A stretch of DNA of 64,000 bases from Mytilus californianus (taxonomy: Eukaryota). The stretch spans positions 19,468,001-19,532,000 of the forward strand of contig NW_026262745.1 of NCBI RefSeq assembly GCF_021869535.1, given 5' to 3'. The notes beneath the pieces were generated by a model, which saw only the letters and a list, made by a program, of their open reading frames with translations, was not told where the DNA came from and did not search any database. The position numbers and the translations under genes were made by a program. Positions 54,577 to 64,000 of the stretch are shown here, piece by piece; the first letter of the stretch is position 1, and each line of letters begins with the position of its first letter.

Positions 54577-55335
54577 AAAATTGAGAATCGAAATGGGGAA
54601 TATGTCAAAGAGACAACAACCCGACCAAAGAGCACACAACAGCCGAAGACCACCAATTGGTCTTCAATGCAGCGAGAAAATCCTGCGCGCGGAGGTGGTC
54701 CTCAGCTGGCCCCTAAATAAAATTGTGTACTAGTTCAGTGAAAATGGACGTCACCCTAAACTCCAAAACATATAAATGAACTAAAATTTAAAAACATACA
54801 AGACTAATAAAAGCCAGATGCTCCTGACTTGGGACAGGCGCAAAAAATGCGGCGGGGTTAAACATGTTTTGTGAGATCTCAACCCTCCCCCTATACCTCT
54901 AGCCAATGTAGAATAAAGAAACACATAGCAATACGCACAGTAAAACTCAGTTTAAAAGAAGTCCGAGTCCGATGTCATAAATGAACAAAAGCTACTAGCA
55001 CTTACTGACATGCCAGCTCCAGACCTCAATTAAACTGATTGAAAGATTATAACGTCATCATATGAAAATCAAGTACAATCCCTCCCGTTAGGGGTTTAGT
55101 ATCATACCATCATAAAATATATGAGAAGAACATAACCCGTATCATGCCAACAACTGGTTTTAGAATAAATGTGTTTATTTCCGATGCAAAGACCCGATGA
55201 GTGAATCAATATTAATACCAAAATATGCAATCCTTAATGACTTGACAACAGTATCGTAACTATATCCTTTCCGAATAAGTCTGTTTAAAGGTTTGGTTAG
55301 CTTTTGAGGTGAATGCCGACATTTTTGTGCTTTGT
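54577..55335 (-). mobile_element. 5'-truncated Penelope-like element (second family): RT C-terminal remnant plus 3' UTR
   Basis: LNRLIRKGYSYDTVVKSLRIAYFGINIDSLIGSLHRK* followed by a long UTR ending in the repeat seen at 48012-48155 and 11150-11229. Confidence 0.65.
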
Positions 55336-55987
55336 AAAGAATATTACCATAAAATATGAACTCTTCTGTATAATATATAGTTTCTCTGTTCATGCATTAT
55401 CCACGCTCTAAGAATTCGTATTACTATATTAACTGTTTGAAAAATATACATAATATAAACTTAGGTTCTTCGTCTACATCAATACAATTGTCTTGTGTAT
55501 GAATGTTTGAATGGTTTTACACTAGTCACTTTTGGGGCCCGTTAGCTTGTTGTTCGGTGTGAGCCAAGGCTCCGTGTTGAAGGCCGTACTTTGACCTAAA
55601 ATGGTTTACTTTTACAAATTGTGACTTGGATGAAGAGTTGTCTCATTGACACTCATACCACATCTTCTTGTATCTATATTAAAACAGGAAATCAATTATA
55701 TTATACGCAAGGGAAGACTCTCAATGAAGATATTAAATGGGTTACCTATATTTAAAGTATTTTTGATGACACAGGATTAGTAACATATGGCACAACCAAG
55801 AAGGCGTCATTCCGGAGTTTCATAAACATACTATTAACGGAGTATCTATTGTTCCGGCTAGCCGGAAGAATAGTTAAAAATCTCTATTAAACAGAGATTA
55901 TATTAAACAGAGATTACATTGTCAAGATCAATTTATCCAAAATTTGTACACCCAAAAGTATAACTCATCGAGGGGGCACTGTATTCA

Positions 55988-56149
55988 CAGTGGCGGATTC
56001 AGAAATTTTCATAAGGGGGGAGGGGGGCACTGACTGCCTAAGAGGGGGCCCGCTCCAGTCATGCTTCAGTGATTCCCTAAATAATCAAACAAATTTTTCC
56101 CACAAAAGGGGGCCCGGGCCCCTTGGAAAACCCTCTAAATCCTCCTCTG
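55988..56149. mobile_element. GC-rich MITE with CAGTGGCGGAT-type TIRs and apparent ATTCA target duplication
   Basis: ATTCA|CAGTGGCGGATTCAG...CTAAATCCTCCTCTG|ATTCA. Confidence 0.7.
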
Positions 56150-57355
56150 ATTCACAATTTAAATCAGAACCATACTTTCTCAGATAAACAAATTAGACAA
56201 ATTATATGCAAATTGCGTACATCCAACATTAAATTTCCCATTAAAACTGGTAGATGGGCTAATATTCCCACACATGAACGTTTTTGTCGACAACTAACCA
56301 ATCAGTTCATAAGATGTATGATAATATTATTAGGAAATGTTCCCATAATATCCAAGCAATCATACATTAACTGTATAAAGGAATTTATACAAACATTTAC
56401 CATGCAGATGTATATTGGTACTACTTTTCATTCAAATAGTTTAATTATAATAACCGCGAATTTTCTATATGATTCATAACATCTATCTTTTTTATTACTC
56501 TAGAGTGTGTCTGTATTGTATTGTTGTATATGAATTGTATGTATGTCTGTATTGTATCATTATTTCATATTGTTCTTCTGTATCTATGTTATATATCCAT
56601 GTTCTCATGTTGAGCAATTAATGCGACTGTGAGTTTTTTTTAAATAAAGTTTCAAAGTTTTAATTCAATTGTTTGAAAATATTACTCTACAATTTGAGAA
56701 ATAACAAAATGGAAACATCGAAAGCATTTGAAAATGGTGAAAGATAGAGAAAATTTTTTTACCATCAAACTTTAAGTTGATCAGAATCTTCACTATAAAA
56801 AAGAAAAGCTAAAATTCAAAAGTTTAACAGTTGTTGTGTAGGCCAGGTACATATGGAAAAATAATTCCTCTCGGGTTTCAATTAATTTAATCGAATAAAC
56901 GCTCAGATGACATTGACAAAACATTTACTGCAGATTTCCTTCTGAATGCAGCATAGATTTGCGGATCCAGCCATTTTTATAAGGGGTTCTAACACATGCA
57001 AGTCGTTTAAAAAGGGGGGAGTTCCAACCATATGTCACCGTACAAAAGACATTGGGGATTCTCCACCTACTAGTAGTAGTTGTACCCATGATATTGGGTT
57101 GATCTGAATTTATGTATATTTGAAAATCAGAAACTTCATTTACCTTGTATAAAGTGGGGTTTTATTTTACGATTAATACTCCCCATGTATGATCATGACC
57201 AAAACTTCAGAAATAAAAAAAAACATATAACTTTACAAAGCAATTTACGGTGACAAATAACTTTGAGAGACTGTGATTTTCGCTTTTTGAAACCCTTCTA
57301 ATTTATATATCAATATAAACTATATTGTTCTAAGATGTAATGGATTTCTTCACTT

Positions 57356-57752
57356 GGCACTTGATGAATGTAAATCCAGATACGCGCTTCGAAGACACAA
57401 ATTTTATGAACTGTTATAGTCATTTACTAGCACTGGGTCAATACCACTGCCAGTGGACTGTTGGTTTCCGATGGTATCATCGGCTCATGGTCAGTAAGTC
57501 AGTGCGTCGGACCTAACATGATATAAAACATAATTTTCTTAAATACTCCGTTAATAAATTAACGAGTTACTATGAAACTAAGGTTCATACTCCCTCGGGC
57601 AAAGTTTACTTAAAATCAATTTGGCTAATTTTATTTATGTTCCTTTTGGTCATAAAACTTACGTGTTCTTGATTTTATACATGCTTTTGGCTTTCTAATA
57701 TTGGGATTGAGATTTCTTAATGAAGGTTAATCCAACAAAATGCTTCGAACGC
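57356..57752 (+). mobile_element. Decayed retrozyme-like monomer (356-nt period) bounded by two degenerate hammerhead motifs
   Basis: UUGAUGA-AUGUAAAUCCA-GAUAC-GCGC-UUC at 57361 and UUAAUGA-AGGUUAAUCCA-ACAAAAUGC-UUC at 57717. Same family as 20606 and 40821. Confidence 0.6.
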
Positions 57753-57924
57753 ACTAACTGACTTCTAAAGAGTAATTTTCATTCCTTAGCCTCTGTTATT
57801 AGCCAATCATTGTCCGCTGTCCTTCGATTACTTTTTGTTTTCACTTTATGACAAATTGAACAAAACTCTGCAGAGATAATGGGTGGAATTATACTTATAA
57901 AACTTTTTCATTTCGTTTATGATT

Positions 57925-58500
57925 AATTGACTGATTGATTGCTGTTTACTTTAAGTCCAGTGGCAAATATTTCATGCATATTCAGATCGAGAACAAATTA
58001 ACAATGATACAACAGGTAAGATATGCAATGGAGCGTTGTCTGGGATAAAGGGCGGGAAATTATGGCAGCCAGTGAAAAATCAGAACATGTAGGATAAAGA
58101 TTAACCCGAATAATTCAGTCCCTCTCCTTAAATTAGGAAATAAGGGCAGCCAGTGAAAAATGAAAATATGTTGGATAAAGATTAACCCGAATAATTCAGT
58201 CCCTCTCCTTAATCTCATACTTGCGAGGGTGTTAATGTAGCAATCATAGAGCAGAAAAATATAACGACTATATTAATCGGGTTGGATAATGACAAGACAT
58301 TAGGAGACAGGACACCTACGGACCCCACGGAGAGTTGTTGCTATGGTTCTTTAATGAGCGTATATACTTCCTTTTTTAATTGACCCCTCCTTTTTGAGCG
58401 TGGAATCTTTTTTTTTACACGACGAATGTGACTGTGTATTTATACATCCCACACAGTCAAACGGGCGCCCTTTACCGTCGGAACGAGAGAAATCCAAGGA
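57925..58500 (-). mobile_element. SINE-like repeat (reverse copy of the 29700-30190 family) with ~81-bp internal tandem duplication
   Basis: Homology to 29950-30190; duplicated GGCAGCCAGTGAAAAAT...CCCTCTCCTTAA at 58065-58212. Confidence 0.55.
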
Positions 58501-60354
58501 TGACCTTTTTTCATACTACAGTCAACCTATGGAATCATATCGTTTATGAAAAATAACAATCGCACCAGACGTAATCTCGATATTGATTCTTCAACTCTCA
58601 AGTTATAGAAACGAACGGTGACTGAAGAACTAATACAAATTTTGCTTGGCTGAATATCATAATCGAATGACACAAATCGCACAGTGACAATGGTGTCAAT
58701 TAGCAATCACTATATATATATTAACCGAAATTTGACGGTAATACATCGAAGGCAATGATGTGGTGTGATTGCCAATGAGACAACTCTACACCAGAGACCA
58801 AATGACGTAGAACTTAACAATTATAGGTCACCACATAGCCTTCAACAATGAGAAAAACCCATACCGCTTTGTACAACTGCTGATAAAATATTGTTAGAAT
58901 TTAAAAAAAACACAATAAGTATTTCTTCATTCCCAAAGGAAAGTTACCATATTACTCTGAAGTAACCAATGGAAGCACATGGCTAAGTTGTCCCCTTGTC
59001 AGCCATCCGATGTGTACCAGAAAAGAGTACTGAAAGAATCATAAATAATTTTATAGAGTAAAAATACTGGTATTGTAGTTTAAAGAGGATATGAGATTTG
59101 TAAACTGATCAACACTACGAGAACTACAGGGAAACAGGGTTATTTCCCTTTGACAATGAAAAAAAATTAATGATTTGGTAATTTCCAATTAATATTATTT
59201 GAAGTCAAAAAGTGATAAAATAATATGAAATGAATATAAGTTTGGTAAACGCTTTAATTTTTCAACTATACAAATGTTTAAATCTTTTCCGATACATTTT
59301 TTATCGGACAATTATGAAATACATTGTTTTGTCTTTATCCGTAGCGGTTTGTGGTCATTTTCCAACTTCTGTGTTCTTCATTGTATCCGCTCGTTAGCAA
59401 CACCTAGCAAATACTTAATATGTTAAACCGGTGCAAGGCACCATTTAGAACTTAAAGTGGGGTCTAACCCCATTTCCGTCTCGAAGGCGTTACTGTGAAT
59501 TTGAAATGATGAACAGGAATAAACATGCGGTTCTTTGGCTTTGTGTTTTGTCAAGTGTGCGTAAGTATTTTCTGTCATGAAATACTAGTACTTCACTGTG
59601 TCACAATATCAATATGCAGAAAAAAATGTCTGCCCTTTTATTGCTCGATTAACCGTCGTGTTGCCCAATGGTAAGCACCAATTCGGTGATGTCACAATTA
59701 CCTCAACTTTACCACTTTAAGTTTAAAGTTCCAAGTGGTGAGTTTTGGCCAAAGTTTATCAACTTCGATTCAAACATTATAATGATTATGACATCGTCGA
59801 TAAGTCCGTTTCAAAAGTATGAATGCAGGGTCACCGTGTTTCATATCACAAAAGCCGTGATCTGTCATTTTATGAAGGTTGACCAGATTGATACAGGCAG
59901 ATAGAAAACCGACAAGTGTCTTTGTTTATTGTGTCCCTTTATCATAATTTCATGGCTGGAGCATTGGTATCAATGTTGAAATGTCAAACGAAAAAATATA
60001 AACAAGTTTAAACTGAAAACAACTTTCAAACCTATGATTGCGTTGGATAAAAACCGCAATTTTTATACGTGTGCATGCAAAACAAATTTCTTGTTAGAGG
60101 GGTCTAAATACAGCACAAACAACATTTTCCAAAAGACAAAAAAAAGTGAAAAAGTATATTTTAACAAAACGCATTTGGCTAACAGGTCGAACAACAAATG
60201 TTCTTAAACCCTGCTGACTGCCATTGGCGATTGCCAAATAAACGGATCACCGATGTAATAAATGGATCTTAATTATAAATTTAATACTAAACAGAAAACA
60301 ATAAACTTGCGGGAAAGGTGGTATACCGCAAACAAAAGGTGCAAAGGTTTTTGT

Positions 60355-60398
60355 ACACCATATCCGGATTTCGACAATTAATGTCTCTTCAGTGATGT
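60355..60398 (-). ncRNA. Minimal type I hammerhead ribozyme, intact core
   Basis: ACAUCA-CUGAAGA-GACA(UUAAU)UGUC-GAAA-U(CCGG)A-UA-UGGUGU: 6-bp helix I, 4-bp helix II, palindromic helix III, AUA cleavage triplet. Confidence 0.88.
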
Positions 60399-60893
60399 TA
60401 GGAATCGAAACGGTATTTGGAAAGCCATACAATTTACCTCAATTTTGGATAGACTCTTGAATTTTGAGGAGTCAAAAAAGGATGAACGGATTATTTATAC
60501 CCGAAGGCAAATATAATACAAGCCCAAACGAAAAAATATAAACAAGTCTAAATTGAAAACAACGTTCAAACCTATGATTGCGTTTGATAAAATCCGCAAT
60601 TTTTATACGTGTGTATGCTAAACAAATTTCTTGTTTGAGGGGTCTAAATACAGCACAATTAACATATTCCAAAAGACAAAAAAAGTGAAAAAGTATATTT
60701 TAACAAAACGCATTTGACTAACAGGTCGAACAACAAATGTTCTTAAACCCTGCTGACTGCCATTGGCGATTGCCAAATAAACGGATCACCGATGTAATAA
60801 ATGGATCTTAATTATAAATTTAATACTAAACAGAAAATAATAAACTTGCGGAAAAGATGGTATACCGCAAACAAAAGGTGCAAAGGTTTTTGT

Positions 60894-60937
60894 ATACCAT
60901 ATCCGGATTTCGACAATAAATGTCTCTTTAGTGATGT
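60894..60937 (-). ncRNA. Hammerhead ribozyme copy with G5A core mutation (probably inactive)
   Basis: ACAUCA-CUAAAGA-GACA(UUUAU)UGUC-GAAA-U(CCGG)A-UA-UGGUAU. Confidence 0.8.
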
Positions 60938-61431
60938 TAGGAATCGAAACGGTATTTGGAAGGCCATATAATTTACCTCAATTTAGGATAGACTCTTGAA
61001 TTTTGAAGAGTCAAAATAGGATGAACGGATCATATAAACCCGAAGGCAAATATAATACAAACTTAAACGAAAAAATATAAACAAGTCTAAATTGAAAACA
61101 ACGTTCAAACCTATGATTGCGTTTGATAAAAACCGCAATTTCTTTACGTGTGCATGCAAAACAAATTTCTTGTTAGAGGGGTCTAAATACAGCACAAACA
61201 ACATTTTCCAAAAGACCGAAAAAATGAAAAAGTATATTTTAACAAAACGCATTTGACTAACAGGTCGAACAACAAATGTTCTTAAACCCTGCTGACTGCC
61301 ATTGGCGATGCCAAATAAACGGATCACCGATGTAATAAATGGATCTTAATTATAAATTTAATACTAAACAGAAAACAATAAACTTGCAGAAAAGATGGTA
61401 TATCGCAAAAAAAAGGTGCAAAGGTTTTTGT

Positions 61432-61475
61432 ACACCATATCCGGATTTCGACAATTAATGTCTCTTCAGCGATGT
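61432..61475 (-). ncRNA. Minimal type I hammerhead ribozyme, intact core
   Basis: ACAUCG-CUGAAGA-GACA(UUAAU)UGUC-GAAA-U(CCGG)A-UA-UGGUGU. G.U wobble at the core-proximal pair of helix I. Confidence 0.85.
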
Positions 61476-62479
61476 TAGGAATCGAAACGGTATTTGGATA
61501 TAATAAAACTTCCCGATTAGACCTTAACAGATTATCCATTTACAATTATAACCTGAACAGAACGGTTAAATAACTTAAAAAGTATAGTAGATACTGAATC
61601 TGAACAACTACTATATGGCATGTAATACAAAAACAAACAAATTCAAAATCTGTAAATTTTACTCATCAAAATTGAATATTTCAAATTTAACGGAGAGTAA
61701 AGTACATTAGCATAACTGTTTTGACATCAGTCTACCTAGTAGACATTATTTTTGCTATCAGTGCAATTATACAGTCCATCTACATAGTAGATAAAAATCA
61801 CTATCATTATATAAAGCATATATAATTAGTTTTTTGTAAATACCTTTATCGTTAAATCATATATATATATATATAATCAGAAAAAGTTTTAAAATGCAAA
61901 ATGATATTGAATAAATAATCTTGGAAAATTTTGCTTTGGTTTTCTTCGCATTGTTTTTTAAGCTTGTTGGATTTAATCTAAATACATGTATTAGGAAAGT
62001 TTTACGGCGTTTATGGTGAGTTTTAAGGATATAAAAAAAACACCACAACAACAACAGGCATTTTTCTCTGATATTTTCTTAGAGACAAGTGGCTGTGCCA
62101 ACAACTCAAATAAACATTCAGAGTGCAGTGTCCTAAACGATTTCAGTCGGCATTGTGCTCTCCAAGTTTAAACACATTTTGATTGTTACTCTTGATTAGT
62201 TTTGTATATCAATCAATTTCGATTGCGATTTTTGCTGTTAGAGACGGGGAAATCGCACGTGCAAATGAGCGTTAAAGCAATCGACATCATTGAAAAAATC
62301 AAATCCACTATACCTAATGATAATTCTTCTTTGATTATTTTCTTGCTATGGTTTTAGTAGCTGAAAGTGTACCGGTTGAGTCAACACCATTGTGCAGTAT
62401 TGTGGTTTCCACTGTACAATATGCATTCAAAAAACGATAGACTTTCAAATCGTATCTTGTCTATGTGAATTTTGTTTAT

Positions 62480-63695
62480 CTATACCCAATTTTGTTTTTG
62501 TACTAAGGTTCGTTTTGCTTTCTTTATCATTTTTCTAAGCACGTCCAGTTCAGATGTCACTAATTGATTACAGAAAAGACGAGTCAATACGAACTCAGAG
62601 TTCCAATCTGATTTATCTATTGTGTAGGAACGTTTTTTGGTAGTTCTGCAAAATCTATGCACATTAGATATAATTTTCTTAAAATGTCGTACTTCGGTAT
62701 GGAAAGAATCCTTCTGTTGAATTATTTGATTTTCGAGACGTGTTTTGAAGAATTGATACAGTAAGTTATCAGCATTGTTGATATTCCTTACAATGTCTAT
62801 ATCTTCTCTTGTCAGATTTGGTTTGACGGTATTCCGCCATACGCCTTTGTTAACAGGTTGATATAATATATCTTGTATATCCCAGCATAGATATCTTCTC
62901 ATCAAAACAAGAGATTCGTCGAAAAGTTCAGTTATGATTACAAGTGTGAAATCCTTATCAAGCTCTCGGATGTAATCGAGAACAAACGAAGTATTTGATA
63001 TTTTCGATTTGGGTATTCCGAAATCATATGACATTCCATTTGTAAAAGATCGCCCTATAGCATAATCTTGGTATATCTTCCTCACTATAAATTCGTGTAA
63101 AAGCAAACTCCGTTTTATATTTGGAAATTTCCTGAGAACAACTTTATTAAAGTTAAAGTGGTAAAATGCAGACTTGAACACTGATAATGGATCACGGAGT
63201 ATACCAATGCGAACCGTGTCATTTGGCATAATCTTCTCAAATTCTTGTTTATTATAAATTGCATGGTTGCAAAGAATGTTATAAGACATATTTTTTGGTA
63301 ACTGAAGTACTGTTTCTTTCAATTTTAGAAATTTAGATGATAGATAATTAAACATAGAGCCATTGTCACGCTTTGGAAGAACCATGTTTAAATTGTTGGC
63401 TTGTGCAAATCTTGTAAAAATTCCCCATGCTGTTGTACTTCCTGTTTTGTGAACTTTTACGAATATCACATTTCTTTGTTTATTGCATATGTTCTTTGCC
63501 GATTCGTTCGATATATTATCTGTGTACGATCTTGTAAGGAAGAATCGATCTGGTATTGCTTTAAATGATTCTGATGACATTGCCCTCTTTTCTAATCCGC
63601 CCAAATTAGGCGACGCCCACTGCATTTTCGAGTTGACATTTATATTTAATTTATGTATTATTACAAAGATCACAATTGCAAATATTCCAGTTAAC
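62480..63695 (-). CDS. Galactose-3-O-sulfotransferase family protein (GAL3ST-like), main/last coding exon; start exon lies upstream
   Basis: 5'-PSB motif FVKVHKTGSTT, 3'-PB motif ILRDPLSVFKSAFYHF, family motif ITELFDESLVLMRRYLCW. Acceptor TTTTTCAG at 63696; exon opens with signal-anchor LTGIFAIVIFVII. Confidence 0.9.
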
Positions 63696-64000
63696 CTGAA
63701 AAAGAAAATTAATTATTTGTAAAATAGTATATTAAAGATCAAGTGTGTTAGAACAAAAATTGTGAAGTAGATTTTTAATTGCTTATTTGTCTGTTATTAC
63801 AGACAATACGGGGAAACGATCAAAAACGAATATCAGTAATATTGATGCGCCAATTGTAGGTTAAGGTGACTTTCTTTCACATGAAACTTCGTTTTATATG
63901 CAAGGTTGTATAAAATTCTCTTATAACCTGCTGTCGCTTAGATCTGGACCATAGCGTAAAAATTAATCCAACCTCATTCATGAAAAATTAAGGTCAAGTT

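Larger units (their letters stand above)
59986..61498 (-). repeat. Tandem array of ~539-bp units (2.8 copies), retrozyme-like
   Basis: Unit starts at 59986, 60526, 61065; roughly 5-7% divergence between copies; one hammerhead motif per unit. Confidence 0.95.

Noticed and set aside
60247-61539. Repeated short ORFs in the 539-bp array (60247-60432, 60472-60672, 60983-61327, 61324-61539)
   Set aside because: Frames and lengths are not conserved between units (indels); the conserved feature is RNA structure, not protein.

Overview
AT-rich eukaryotic DNA, most likely a bivalve mollusc (the repeat families resemble Mytilus; this is recall, not a database hit). It holds five protein genes: an unannotated 5-exon Cys-rich surface protein (5370-8963, +), TTC29 (9 coding exons, 16551-27312, +), a convergent pair of near-identical LRR-Ig receptors (one with a GPI-type tail at 34185-35660 +, one transmembrane at 50451-52028 -), and the main exon of a galactose-3-O-sulfotransferase (62480-63695, -). 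Mobile DNA includes a full-length disabled RTE LINE, Penelope-like RT remnants, Helentron-type elements, MITEs, SINE-like copies and a 28-bp minisatellite. The strongest hidden signal is non-coding: a ~539-bp x 2.8 tandem array (59986-61498) whose units each carry a minimal type I hammerhead ribozyme on the minus strand (two intact cores, one G5A). It is retrozyme-like and lies sense-oriented ~1 kb downstream of the sulfotransferase stop. Six more decayed hammerhead motifs from related families are scattered through the window. All coordinates and alignments were read by eye.
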